In this document: positions 47,912-57,883 of the stretch, one piece after another
Position numbering within the stretch: the stretch's first letter is position 1
How the letters are laid out: each line of letters begins with the position of its first letter
Source of the DNA: Syntrophorhabdaceae bacterium
GTDB lineage: Bacteria; Desulfobacterota; Syntrophorhabdia; Syntrophorhabdales; Syntrophorhabdaceae
Length of the DNA: 64,000 nt
Direction of reading: 5' to 3'
Assembly (NCBI GenBank): GCA_963666485.2
Contig: CAXXUO010000004.1
Span: 237,195-301,194 of the forward strand
Translations under genes and position numbers: made by a program
Notes under the pieces: model-generated
Told to the model about the DNA's origin: nothing
The model's input: the letters and a program-made list of their open reading frames with translations, nothing else
Database searches by the model: none

Positions 47912-49825
47912 CATCTTTACCGTCTCCGGAAACATTTTCTCATCCGTATGGGGGAGGAACATTGCCGCCATGAACTCATGCATGAACTGCGTGTTGCCGG
48001 AAAGCTCTATGTTCGTCATCGATCGCGCTATATCGGCGGCCTTTTCGTAAAAGCAGCGCGATAAAGCGGCCATCCGCGCGCCGCCGAGCGAGGCGTTCCC
48101 CATGAACCGGAAACGGCTGACCGGGAGCTCGGGAAGAAGCCCGATGATCATCGCCTTTTCTATGTCGATCGAATGGCCGAATCCCCCTGCTATGATCACC
48201 GACTCGAGGTCTGTGAAATGTATGCCCCCGTTCTGGAGAAGGACCGTGCATCCGGCATACACCGCGCCCTTTGTCCTCATGATATTGTCGAGATCTATCT
48301 CGGTCAGCACTATATCCCGCTCGATCCCGGTCTCAGAGGCAAAGCAGAGAACGTACTCCATTCCGTTTGCGCCCTGCCGCAGGCGCCTGCCCTCTTTCCG
48401 CACGGAGAATTTCCCATTCCTGTCGATAGCCCCGGCCATGAAAAGCCCGGCCACGAGATCGATCAGTCCCGACCCGCATATCCCGAGCGGCCGGGCGCGG
48501 CTGATCGTGAGCAGCATCGGCTCGAGCGTCACCGGATTGATATGGACCTTTTCGATCGCCCCGGGCGCGGCCCGCATGCCGAACTCAATGCCGCCTCCCT
48601 CGAAGGCCGGCCCGGCGGAACACGATGCGCACAGGAGCCATTCATCGTTCCCGAGCACGATCTCGCCGTTCGTCCCGATGTCCATGAAGAGCGATATCCC
48701 TTTCTGTTCCGTCATTCCCGACAGGGCGACCCCCGAGACGATATCGCCGCCGACGTACGACGAGACCCCGGGGACCGAATAAACCCGCGCATCGAGTTCC
48801 GGCATGAACCCGAGGTCACGAGCATCCCAGGGAGAAAACGATGCGGCCGCAGGGGTGTACGGCGCCAGCATGATGTGCGTGGGGTCGATGCGGTAAAAGA
48901 GGTGCATCATCGTCGTATTCCCGGCGACGACGATATGCGTGACATCCGCGGCATCGATCTTCGCCTCCCGTATGATCTCCGAGATAAGCCCGTTTATCGT
49001 CGCGACGACCACGTCGTGGAGTTTTTTGAGCCCCCGGCGTTTCCGGCAATACATTATCCGCGTGATAACGTCTTCCCCGAAGCTGATCTGCCTGTTGTAA
49101 TCCGTAGAGGATGCGACGACCTCAGGGCCGGCGGATAAGGACCGGCAGTCGATAAGTTCCGCAGAAATGGTCGTTGTCCCGATGTCGACCGCGACCGCAT
49201 AATGCATATCCTCGCGATCTCCCCGGGCAATGCGGATGATCTCACATGCATCCCCGGCAACATCCGCGGTCACCATCCATTGCGCCTCGCGCAGGTTGAG
49301 GCTGAGATCGCGCAGAACGCTCGGCCGCATCGCGGGTTCGTCACAATCAGCCCTGGCTGAAACAGCACGTGCGACGCGCGCGGCATCCGAAATGTTATCG
49401 TTGATATCGGGACGCGGAAGCTCACAGTAATACCGCCCCACCAGGGGTTCCTGCCCGCAGCTTTGCAGCACGGCAGCATCCGCAGAAGCATTCAGCTCAT
49501 TCAATATAACGGTGCGTGTGAGGACGCTCCTGTCGATCTGGGATTCGAGAGGGACCTCGATCACGGCATCCCCCGTTATCGCAGAATTGCACGCAAGACT
49601 AAACCCCATCGCCCGGTCAGCCTCGGAAAGGAGCGGGCTCGACGCTGAATCTACAGACCCGCCGGCGATACGGACCCTGCATTTGCCGCACACACCCCGG
49701 CCCCCGCACGAGGCATTGATGTGCACCCCGGCCTGCAGCGCTATCTCGAGAAGGTTCTCTCCCTTTGCAGCCGGATAGACCCTGTCTATCGGCAGAAACT
49801 TTATCCTGTATTCTTCTTCTGGCAT
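47894..49825 (-). CDS. acsV: Reductive activator of corrinoid protein (RACo/AcsV; 2Fe-2S + ASKHA ATPase)
   Basis: CGGRGVCGKC..LAC ferredoxin domain; DIGTTT, GNTTM, DIGTNGE, SAGPAFEG, GICGSG, AGGFG and FLPHTD. Confidence 0.92.
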   Translation of the reverse strand: MPEEEYRIKFLPIDRVYPAAKGENLLEIALQAGVHINASCGGRGVCGKCRVRIAGGSVDSASSPLLSEADRAMGFSLACNSAITGDAVIEVPLESQIDRSVLTRTVILNELNASADAAVLQSCGQEPLVGRYYCELPRPDINDNISDAARVARAVSARADCDEPAMRPSVLRDLSLNLREAQWMVTADVAGDACEIIRIARGDREDMHYAVAVDIGTTTISAELIDCRSLSAGPEVVASSTDYNRQISFGEDVITRIMYCRKRRGLKKLHDVVVATINGLISEIIREAKIDAADVTHIVVAGNTTMMHLFYRIDPTHIMLAPYTPAAASFSPWDARDLGFMPELDARVYSVPGVSSYVGGDIVSGVALSGMTEQKGISLFMDIGTNGEIVLGNDEWLLCASCSAGPAFEGGGIEFGMRAAPGAIEKVHINPVTLEPMLLTISRARPLGICGSGLIDLVAGLFMAGAIDRNGKFSVRKEGRRLRQGANGMEYVLCFASETGIERDIVLTEIDLDNIMRTKGAVYAGCTVLLQNGGIHFTDLESVIIAGGFGHSIDIEKAMIIGLLPELPVSRFRFMGNASLGGARMAALSRCFYEKAADIARSMTNIELSGNTQFMHEFMAAMFLPHTDEKMFPETVKMIGDGR

Positions 49826-49853
49826 AGTATTTTAGACACACCATTCTACCAAA

Positions 49854-50040
49854 TTATCATATCTTTGAACATACCCTAATTGTAACTTTATTTGACCCTT
49901 CAAAGCCGAACATCAGAACCTGTTCAGTATCATAAATAAAGATATACCGCTGCGGAGTCTAATTACTTCAACCAGTATTTTCAATAAATTAACATTGACA
50001 AACATTGGTCGATATTATATACTGTTCATCATAATGAATT
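49854..50040. promoter_or_regulatory. Divergent acs/iclR control region with three TGTTCA-N6-TGAACA-like sites
   Basis: TTATCA-6-TGAACA (49854-49871), TGTTCA-6-TAAATA (49921-49938) and TGTTCA-6-TGAATT (50023-50040). iclR promoter TTGACA-17-TATACT at 49995-50023. Minus-strand TGGTAGAAT at 49843-49851. Confidence 0.55.
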
Positions 50041-50790
50041 ATGTATAGTGCGCCCGTCATAAAGAAAACATTTGAGGTCCTGTCCCTCGTTGTGGACAGC
50101 AAGCGGCCGCTCGGCGTGACCGAGATAGCGAGGACGCTCGCCCTGAGCAAGAGCACCGTTTTCGGCATACTGAAGGCCCTCCAGGAAGGCAACCTCATCG
50201 TCAAGAGCAAGTCGACGAAGAGATACGCGGTCGGCGAGGAGCTTTTCAAAATAGCGAAACGGGTGCTTCAGGGAGGAGAGCTCAGCGCGATCGCCCGGCC
50301 GTTCATGGAAAAACTCGTTGAGGACGTCGACGAGACCGTGTTCCTGTGCGTCCGCGAGGACAGCCTCGTCAAAGTGATCGACACGATCGAGACCCGGAAG
50401 AAACTGAAGATATCATCGCCCGTCGGCACCCGGCTTCCCATCACGGCATCCGTGTTCTGCAAGGCATTCCTCGCCCCGATGCAGGACCACGAGATCCGCG
50501 ATTTCCTCAGGGAAAAGGGCCTGCCGAAATACACGGAGAACAGCATTACCGATATGGATCGTTTTCTGGAAGAGATACGGGTCACGCGCAACCGGAACTA
50601 CAGCCTCGACCTCGAGGAGTACCTCATGGGCGTCAGGGCCATAGCCACGCTCGTTTATGCAAACGACTACCCTGTCGGGGCCATTTGCATACTCGGTTTT
50701 ACCGGGTCGATGCCGACGGAGAAATTGCCGGACATGGCCGAGCGCCTGATCGGGACAGCCCGCAAGATATCGGAAAGACTCTCCCAGTAA
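50041..50790 (+). CDS. IclR family transcriptional regulator
   Basis: N-terminal HTH (GVTEIARTLALSKSTVFGIL); ETV, GTRLPITAS, TENSITD and YSLDLEE..G motifs. Confidence 0.93.
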   Translation: MYSAPVIKKTFEVLSLVVDSKRPLGVTEIARTLALSKSTVFGILKALQEGNLIVKSKSTKRYAVGEELFKIAKRVLQGGELSAIARPFMEKLVEDVDETVFLCVREDSLVKVIDTIETRKKLKISSPVGTRLPITASVFCKAFLAPMQDHEIRDFLREKGLPKYTENSITDMDRFLEEIRVTRNRNYSLDLEEYLMGVRAIATLVYANDYPVGAICILGFTGSMPTEKLPDMAERLIGTARKISERLSQ

Positions 50791-50805
50791 CCACCCCTTT
50801 GCCCT

Positions 50806-52458
50806 TTACATCACCTCCTCGAAAATAGAGATCGCTTCGCGCGGAATATAGACTTTTCCGGTTGCCGGGGCGAGAACGATGATCCCGTTCAATTCGTGTA
50901 CCCTCGTCTGCCCCGCGGATACCTCCATGATGTTTGTGCTCACGATGAGCCGGGCCTTTTTCCCGGTCTTTTCCACAACGAGGACCCGCTTTCCGGGAGT
51001 GCCACTGTCGACTGCCACGGATGCACCTATACCCCTGAACGCCTCACCGGCCTCGACGAAAAGCTGATTGTCGATCTCCTTCAGGTCGAAACCCATTTCC
51101 CGCGCGAGTACGTGGGCGATGTCTGAATTCTCGAGAATACGCATTGGTCTTTCGATGCCCCGGTAATAGAAAAAGAGGTCCTCACCGGTATGTCCATGCG
51201 TTGTCCACCCGATGTGGCTTCTGCGGGTCACGATCTGGCCGGTGGCCACTATCATTTTCCCCGGCTTCGCGGCCCTGATGTCCCCGATCTCCGTTTCGGT
51301 AAGGTCCGTTATGCCGAAATATTTTTGTACGGCCTCCCTGATATTCTTGTCCGACCTGTCGCCGAGGACTTTCTCAAGGCCTTCCCCTGTACAGACAGCC
51401 TTCTTCAGCGGTGAGACGAGGTCATCATACTGCATCCGGGCATACATAGCGTCGCTCCGTACACTGCCGAGGGACATCCCCCCGTTGCCATGGTCGGACA
51501 CGGCAACGACAACCGTGTTCCCGTCCTTCCGGGCGAAATCGAGCGCCACACCCACGGCCTCGTCGAATGCAAGGACATCACTGACGACGCCGACAGGGTC
51601 GTGCGAGTGCGAGGCCCAGTCGATCTTGCTTCCTTCGACGAAAAGAAAAAAGCCATTGCCGCGGGACAGTACCTCGAGTGCTTTGTGCGTCATCTCCGCG
51701 AGGCTCGGTTCTTCGCCCGGGAAGGTCCTGCGGTCGAACTCGTACGCCATCGCGCGATCGGCAAAGAGGCCCCACAGGCGTTCCGTGCGCGAACCCAGCA
51801 TATCCTGCCTTGTCGTGACGATGGTATATCCACGCAAAAGCAAGGTCCGCGTCAGGTCCTCGCCGTCCTTTCTCGTACCTCCATTTTTTCCGGGAAGGAG
51901 AAATGCCCGGCCGCCGCCCAGGACAACATCGATGTTCCCATACACCTGCTGTTGCGCGATCTCTTCGAAATCATCCCTGTCGGGCCAGTGGGATGAGAAC
52001 GCTCCGGGCGTCGCGTGCTGGACGTTGGATGTGGCCACGATCCCCGTTCTTCTCCCGCTGAGCCTCGCCCCTTCCAGGATCGACGCTACCGGCTTGCCTG
52101 CAAGGTTGCCGGGGCCGGGAATACCGGGGATGGTCACCCGGTGCGGCGCGATACCGATCTCCTTATCCTGTGCCTTCTGCCCGCAGGCAAATGCGGTCGC
52201 TGCCGGGGCCGAATCGGTGATCAGGGAATCGGAACCATATGTTCGCATCCCCCCGATGTACATGGAATCGAGGTTGAGGGCAGACCCTTTGTACCAGCGG
52301 GCTATCGTCGTATGCGTCGACCCCATCCCATCCGCAACGAGCAGAATGACATTCTTCGGTCCATCCCCGGCCCATGCAGGGGATGTGCACCATAAAAGCA
52401 GTGTTATGGCTGCAATGACAATACTTCGCCAATATATCGATTTCTTATGCATGATCAC
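50806..52458 (-). CDS. phoA: Alkaline phosphatase
   Basis: Signal peptide; KNVILLVADGMG, catalytic TDSA, HATP, EGSKIDWASH, SDHG and HTG. Confidence 0.93.
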   Translation of the reverse strand: MIMHKKSIYWRSIVIAAITLLLWCTSPAWAGDGPKNVILLVADGMGSTHTTIARWYKGSALNLDSMYIGGMRTYGSDSLITDSAPAATAFACGQKAQDKEIGIAPHRVTIPGIPGPGNLAGKPVASILEGARLSGRRTGIVATSNVQHATPGAFSSHWPDRDDFEEIAQQQVYGNIDVVLGGGRAFLLPGKNGGTRKDGEDLTRTLLLRGYTIVTTRQDMLGSRTERLWGLFADRAMAYEFDRRTFPGEEPSLAEMTHKALEVLSRGNGFFLFVEGSKIDWASHSHDPVGVVSDVLAFDEAVGVALDFARKDGNTVVVAVSDHGNGGMSLGSVRSDAMYARMQYDDLVSPLKKAVCTGEGLEKVLGDRSDKNIREAVQKYFGITDLTETEIGDIRAAKPGKMIVATGQIVTRRSHIGWTTHGHTGEDLFFYYRGIERPMRILENSDIAHVLAREMGFDLKEIDNQLFVEAGEAFRGIGASVAVDSGTPGKRVLVVEKTGKKARLIVSTNIMEVSAGQTRVHELNGIIVLAPATGKVYIPREAISIFEEVM

Positions 52459-52586
52459 CTGCCCTCAATTGCAATGTACAAGGTTATTAAATAGATCGCC
52501 CATTGGATATTTTCTCATTTCGCAGGAACAGTATTCAAATAAATTAACGGGAATAATCATTCTTGTGAAAAGGCCTAAAAGAAAAA

Positions 52587-52679
52587 CCTTCGATTCCGGC
52601 GTCAAGCGTTGGAAGGACGGCGGAGGAATGATAGTTCGCCTTTAGCCTTTTGCCGTTCGCCGTTCGCCGTTAGCCGTTA
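52587..52679. repeat. Degenerate CGTC-type palindrome followed by a heptamer array (TTNGCCT/TTNGCCG)
   Basis: CCTTCGATTCCGGCGTCAAGCGTTGGAAGGACGG at 52587-52620; about 6 heptamers at 52635-52679. Confidence 0.75.
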
Positions 52680-52683
52680 TTCA

Positions 52684-52712
52684 TTGACATATTCTTACCG
52701 GTATTGTAAGAT
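52684..52712 (+). promoter_or_regulatory. Putative sigma70 promoter of the two-component operon
   Basis: TTGACA-17 nt-TAAGAT. Confidence 0.65.
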
Positions 52713-52901
52713 TTATTCACCGGTTAGAGAGATTAGACACGTGATTTCCCGCCGGTCCGCGTTGAGAAAAACCCACGAAGTTACCAACCCCACACAGGTG
52801 GCGGCTCAACGGCAAGTCGTTGTGCGGCCATTACCAGCGGGTATGATTGTACCCTTTCATAGTTACGCAGATTGCCGGATGCATATTCCGGAGGTCAGGT
52901 G

Positions 52902-54389
52902 ATGAAGAAAAAGATTGTTGATGCGATCGTGGCGACAAAAGACACGGTACCGCGCCGGTTGACAACCGAAACAACGGAAGACGATCTTTACAAGACGCTG
53001 GCGAATAACCTGCAGCTGGGCGTCTACATCGCGGTCGACAAAAGGCTTCGGTTCACGAACTTCCACCTGCAGGAATACACGGGTTATTCGCGGTCCGAGA
53101 TGATCGATATGGACCCGCTCGACCTCGTTCATCCGGATGATCGGGACAGGGCCGTTATCGACGCCGCCAACATGCTCAAGGGGCTCCGGTTCTCACCGTA
53201 CGAATACCGGCTGATATCAAAGGATGGCCAGGTAAAGTGGATCCTCGAGACAGTTGTCCCGATAATGTTCAAGGGCAGCAATGCCATCCTCGGCAATTCG
53301 ATCGATATAACCGAATACAAGACCGCGAAAATGGACCTCCAGGAGTTTGACGCCCTGAAGGCCTCGATACTTGATGCCATACCCCAGGCCGTCGTCGGCC
53401 TCGAAAACAGGCGGATAAATTTCGCCAACACCGCCGTGGAAGAGGTCTTCGGGTGGAAGCCCGAAGAACTGATCGGAAAGAGTGTCACCGTCTTCTACCG
53501 GAACGCGCGGGAAGCCGAAGAGATCGGCCGTCATTTCTACAGCACACTGGAGCATCAGCGGACGTTCGTTTCCGAGTACAATTGCCGGCGCAAGGACGGC
53601 AGGGACATCCTGTGCCGGATGCGGTCGGCGCGCATCGGCGACGCATTGAAACAAAAACGGATCGTCATAACATACGAAGATATTACGGAGCAGAGAAAGG
53701 CCGAGGAGGAGCTCGCCAACTCACGCGAGCGGCTCAGAAACCTGTCCGTCCACCTTCAGTCGGTCCGGGAAAAGGAAAGCACCCGGATCGCCCGGGAGAT
53801 CCATGACGAGCTCGGGCAATATCTCACGGCGCTCCAGATGGACCTGGCATGGCTCGCCGTATCCGTGCCGCAGGCGGACCTCGCGCTCACAGCGAAAATA
53901 AAGCGCATGAAAAGCGTTATCGACACAACGATAGAGAACGTGCACAGGATATCGACGGAATTAAGGCCGATACTGCTCGACGACCTCGGTCTCATCGCGG
54001 CGATGGAGTGGCAGGCAGGGGAATTCCGGGACCGGACGAATATCCCGTGCGACGCCCGGTTCGATCTCAAGGAATCCGCGATCGACAAAGAACTTGCGAC
54101 CACCGTTTTTCGTATTTTCCAGGAGACCCTTACCAACATAGCGCGCCACGCGAACGCGACCCGCGTACGTGTGCGCCTCGCGCAAAAAGGCAGCGAACTG
54201 CGCCTCGATGTCAGTGATAACGGGATAGGGATAACGGAGGGCGACATCAATAATTCCTCGTCCTTCGGGATCGTCGGGATACGTGAAAGGGCCAACCTCT
54301 GGGGAGGGACCGTCCATGTATCCGGGAAACCCTACAAAGGGACGAAGGTCAGCGTCCGGATCCCTGTCCAAAACGGGAGAAGATCATGA
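52902..54389 (+). CDS. PAS-PAS sensor histidine kinase (HisKA_3 type)
   Basis: RIAREIHDELGQ, LRPILLDDLGL, QETLTNIARHA, DNGIG and GIRER; SD GGAGG. Confidence 0.95.
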   Translation: MKKKIVDAIVATKDTVPRRLTTETTEDDLYKTLANNLQLGVYIAVDKRLRFTNFHLQEYTGYSRSEMIDMDPLDLVHPDDRDRAVIDAANMLKGLRFSPYEYRLISKDGQVKWILETVVPIMFKGSNAILGNSIDITEYKTAKMDLQEFDALKASILDAIPQAVVGLENRRINFANTAVEEVFGWKPEELIGKSVTVFYRNAREAEEIGRHFYSTLEHQRTFVSEYNCRRKDGRDILCRMRSARIGDALKQKRIVITYEDITEQRKAEEELANSRERLRNLSVHLQSVREKESTRIAREIHDELGQYLTALQMDLAWLAVSVPQADLALTAKIKRMKSVIDTTIENVHRISTELRPILLDDLGLIAAMEWQAGEFRDRTNIPCDARFDLKESAIDKELATTVFRIFQETLTNIARHANATRVRVRLAQKGSELRLDVSDNGIGITEGDINNSSSFGIVGIRERANLWGGTVHVSGKPYKGTKVSVRIPVQNGRRS

Positions 54390-55018
54390 TACGAATTTTA
54401 GTCGCCGATGACCACGCGGTCGTCCGGGAGGGGATAAAACAGATACTTGCCGGGCTGGACGACATGATCGTAGAAGACGAAGCGGAAAGCGGCCAGGAAG
54501 TCCTGTCCAGGATCGCCGCGAAAAAATACGACCTCATTCTTCTTGATATCTCGATGCCCGGAAAGAGCGGACTCGAGGTGCTCGAGGAGATCAAGATCGT
54601 GCAGCCGAAGCTTCCCGTTCTCATCCTCAGCATGCACCCGGAGGAACAATACGCCGTCCGGATGCTCCGTGCGGGTGCGGCCGGGTACCTGACGAAGGCC
54701 AGCGCTCCGCAGGAATTGATGAACGCCATTCGTAAAGTGTCGAAAGGGGGAAAATACGTAACGGTTTCCCTGGCGGAAAAACTCGCCTTCGAGCTTGACG
54801 CGGGGGCCGAAAAACCCCGCCATGAAAGATTATCCAACCGCGAATACCAGGTCATGCTCATGCTCGCTTCCGGGCAATCCGTGAGCGAGGTGGCGGACGA
54901 GCTGTGCCTGAGTGCCAAGACCATCAGCACATACCGGACGCGTATCCTGGAAAAGATGGACATGAAAAAGAACGCCGAGCTGACGCTTTACGCGGTCAAG
55001 AACAACCTGATCGTGTGA
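54386..55018 (+). CDS. NarL/LuxR family response regulator
   Basis: ADDHAVVR, LDISMPG and LSNREYQV..LSAKTISTYR. Confidence 0.96.
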   Translation: MIRILVADDHAVVREGIKQILAGLDDMIVEDEAESGQEVLSRIAAKKYDLILLDISMPGKSGLEVLEEIKIVQPKLPVLILSMHPEEQYAVRMLRAGAAGYLTKASAPQELMNAIRKVSKGGKYVTVSLAEKLAFELDAGAEKPRHERLSNREYQVMLMLASGQSVSEVADELCLSAKTISTYRTRILEKMDMKKNAELTLYAVKNNLIV

Positions 55019-55205
55019 ACCATGCCCGTCAAACGGGAAATTCACGTATCGGCGTCACGCCTGCATCCCTATCCGTCAACCCGCCCTGCCCTGTCAGACA
55101 TATCCCGTCACGACCCGCCTTCATCATCCTGACATAATAAACAGTGGCCTGCTGATACCGCCATCCTTGTTCCGGTGTTATTACTAGACTAAGGATAACA
55201 GGGCC

Positions 55206-57851
55206 ATGAAAGATACAAAGCCCCACATTAATATATGTCCCGCAGCGGCCCGCATCGCAAGCGTCACCTCCGACGTCTTCCGGACGGCGAGGAGCGAAGA
55301 CCGCACCTACCTCCTCGAGAATGAAAGCAAGGCGATCCTCGAGGCATACAACATCGTAACAACCGGCGCCGAAATTGCGAAGGAGGAGGACGAAGCTATA
55401 GAGCTCGCCCGGGGCATCGGCTACCCCGTCGTCCTCAAGGTCGTATCCAGGACCGTGATCCACAAGACAGATGCGGGCGGCGTCAAGCTCGGCATCAGGA
55501 ATGACGACGGCGTGCGGGATGCCTTCCGGGAGATCATATCGGCGTTTGCAGGTGAGGGGTTCCTCGGGGTGGCGGTGCAAAAGATGGCCGATCCCGGTTT
55601 GGAGATCATCGCCGGCTTCACACGGGACGAAAGCTTCGGACCGGTGCTCATGTTCGGTCTTGGCGGCGTCTTCGCCGAGGTCCTGAACGATGTGGCATTC
55701 AGGGTCTTACCTGTCACCCCCGATGAGATCGGCGAGATGATACGGGAGATCAGGGGATTTTCCCTTCTCACGGGATACCGCGGCATGAAGGTCGACAGGG
55801 AAGCGCTGATTGACCTGCTCGTAAAGGTATCGGATATCGCGCTTTCCAACCCATCGATACGCGAGCTCGATATAAACCCGGCATTCCTCTACCCGGCGGG
55901 CTATGTGGCCGTCGACGCCCGCATGTTCATCGACAATTCCCCGAACAAGGCTTCGCTCGAACGGACAGGCGGCGACCTTACCCGGCTCTTCTACCCGGGG
56001 TCGATCGCTGTGCTGGGCGCAACCGACACAAAGGGGAAACTGGGGTATAACGTCATACACAATCTTCTCTCGCACAATTTTGCCGGAAGGATCTACCCGG
56101 TCAATCCGCGGAAAGATAAAATTATGGGCCTTGACGCCTATCCGGCCGTCGGTGATGTGCCCGGCGCTGTAGATGCAGCGATCATCATAGTCCCTGCCGA
56201 CAGGGCCTCCCGCGCGATAGAGGAATGCTGTGAAAAAAAGGTCCCGTACATAATCGTCGAGACAGCGGGTTTTGCGGAAACCGGTCAGGCGGGGCGCGAT
56301 GTGCAATCCCGGATCAAGTCGGTGATCACATCCGCCAGTTCCCGTCTTCTCGGTCCCAATTGCTCGGGAATAATCAATACGCACCACAACATGGTCCAGT
56401 CGATCGGCATCATCGACAGCCTCGAAAAAGGCAACGTCGGCCTTATAGCCCAGGCGGGCGTTTACGCAGCCGGCATCCTGACGGGTTTACGGCACATCAT
56501 CAATTTCGGGATCATCGCGACGATCGGCAACAAAATGGATATAACCGAGACGGACATTCTCGAATTCATGGGCCGTGACGACAACATCAGGGTGATCGCG
56601 CTTTACATGGAGGATGTCACGAGCGGCCGTCATTTCATGGACGTCGCCCGGCGCGTCTCGCCCGTGAAACCCGTCATTGCCCTCAAGACCGGCCGTACCG
56701 ACGAAGGCAAGAAGGCCGTCTCTTCGCACACCGCATCCATGGCCGGCAATGACGCGGTCAACAGCGCGGCCTTCCGGCAAAGCGGCGTCATCCGCGCACG
56801 CGACAACGAGCATCTTTTCGGCCTGATCCGCGCATTCTCGAAGCAGCCTCTGCCAAAAGGCCCCGGCGTCTTCGTTATAACCTATACCGGGTCGCTCGGC
56901 GTCGCTGCAACGGACGCGATCTACACCGCGGGCTTGAAGCTCGCCGAACTCGAACTGCCGCTCACAACACGTCTGTCGTCATACATCGACGGGTATCTCA
57001 ATGTCCGCAACCCCGTCGACTGCTCCTTCAGTATGGGCCCGGACCAGGCAAAGAACATCATAGAGACCGGACTCGCAAGCAGCGATGTGCACAGCATTAT
57101 CGTCATCCTTCAGGGCGAGATACTCGATTCGTACGTCGAGACCCTTGCAGGCATAGATTACAGGGGGAAACCCGTTCTGTGCTGTGTCGCATGCAAGGAA
57201 TTCATGATGGAGGGGGTTACTAAAATGGAACAGAAGGGTATTCCGGTTTACTCCACTCCCGAGGCGGCTGTCGACGTCCTCTCGGAGATGTACAAATACG
57301 GCCGCAGCCAGCATAAGAGCAGGCTCGAAGAACTCAACCAGCTGCTCAAAGAACGCTCATTTAACGTTGATGAACGCCGCATTCACTTACGGCTCCTGAC
57401 ACATGACGATATCGGTCTCTGGACAGATTTCGTCAAAAGCTGTTCCGAGAGATCATTATGGATGCGTTTTCTTTCACCCTTCAGCCCCACCCAGGAAAAT
57501 GCCCGGCGCTTCTGCGACATAGATCCCGACGAAGAAATAGCGGTCGTCGCAGAAACCGTCGAGCAGGGGCGTTGCAAGCTCGTGGCCATTGCCCGCCTCA
57601 TAAAATGCGGCAACACCGGTCAGGCCGAATATGCCGTCATCGTAACAGATAAATGGCAGCAGAAAACCTTAGGCCGCCTCCTTCTCGAAGCATGCCTCGA
57701 CCTCGCACGCCGCCTCGATATCCGCGTCGTCAACGCCGAAATACTGCAAGAGAACTTCCCGATGAACAAAGTCCTCAACCACTGCCACTTTACGCTCCAT
57801 GCAAAAGAAAGGAATATGCTTCTCCTATCGAGGGACCTCGGCAACGGCTAA
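55206..57851 (+). CDS. ADP-forming acyl-CoA synthetase (beta-alpha order) fused to a C-terminal GNAT domain (Pat-like)
   Basis: ATP-grasp GYPVVLK..HKTDAGGV..FGPVLMFGLGG..ELDINP; CoA-binding SIAVLGA..YPVNP..GFAE..GPNC; SHTASMAG; GNAT CSERSLWMRF..AEYAVIVTDKWQ..LG..EN..M. Confidence 0.88.
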   Translation: MKDTKPHINICPAAARIASVTSDVFRTARSEDRTYLLENESKAILEAYNIVTTGAEIAKEEDEAIELARGIGYPVVLKVVSRTVIHKTDAGGVKLGIRNDDGVRDAFREIISAFAGEGFLGVAVQKMADPGLEIIAGFTRDESFGPVLMFGLGGVFAEVLNDVAFRVLPVTPDEIGEMIREIRGFSLLTGYRGMKVDREALIDLLVKVSDIALSNPSIRELDINPAFLYPAGYVAVDARMFIDNSPNKASLERTGGDLTRLFYPGSIAVLGATDTKGKLGYNVIHNLLSHNFAGRIYPVNPRKDKIMGLDAYPAVGDVPGAVDAAIIIVPADRASRAIEECCEKKVPYIIVETAGFAETGQAGRDVQSRIKSVITSASSRLLGPNCSGIINTHHNMVQSIGIIDSLEKGNVGLIAQAGVYAAGILTGLRHIINFGIIATIGNKMDITETDILEFMGRDDNIRVIALYMEDVTSGRHFMDVARRVSPVKPVIALKTGRTDEGKKAVSSHTASMAGNDAVNSAAFRQSGVIRARDNEHLFGLIRAFSKQPLPKGPGVFVITYTGSLGVAATDAIYTAGLKLAELELPLTTRLSSYIDGYLNVRNPVDCSFSMGPDQAKNIIETGLASSDVHSIIVILQGEILDSYVETLAGIDYRGKPVLCCVACKEFMMEGVTKMEQKGIPVYSTPEAAVDVLSEMYKYGRSQHKSRLEELNQLLKERSFNVDERRIHLRLLTHDDIGLWTDFVKSCSERSLWMRFLSPFSPTQENARRFCDIDPDEEIAVVAETVEQGRCKLVAIARLIKCGNTGQAEYAVIVTDKWQQKTLGRLLLEACLDLARRLDIRVVNAEILQENFPMNKVLNHCHFTLHAKERNMLLLSRDLGNG

Positions 57852-57883
57852 AAAAAGACCGGACATTGTCCGGTCTTTTTTTA
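57851..57883. terminator. Intrinsic terminator (potentially bidirectional)
   Basis: AAAAAAGACCGGAC-ATT-GTCCGGTCTTTTTTT directly after the stop codon. Confidence 0.85.

Noticed and set aside
49826..50040. Cobalamin riboswitch or CooA/CRP box upstream of the acs operon
   Set aside because: No B12-box-like sequence; the palindrome found (TGTTCA-N6-TGAACA) differs from TGTGA/TGTCA-N6 type sites.
51212..52645. 477-aa ORF antisense to phoA (also 43534-44733, 42046-42957, 32595-33623 and similar)
   Set aside because: Shadow ORFs expected opposite GC-rich coding genes; no motifs, and the opposite strand has clear family assignments.
57843..57851. Single AACGGCTAA unit at the end of the GNAT fusion gene
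   Set aside because: A single unit is within chance expectation; it is not an array.
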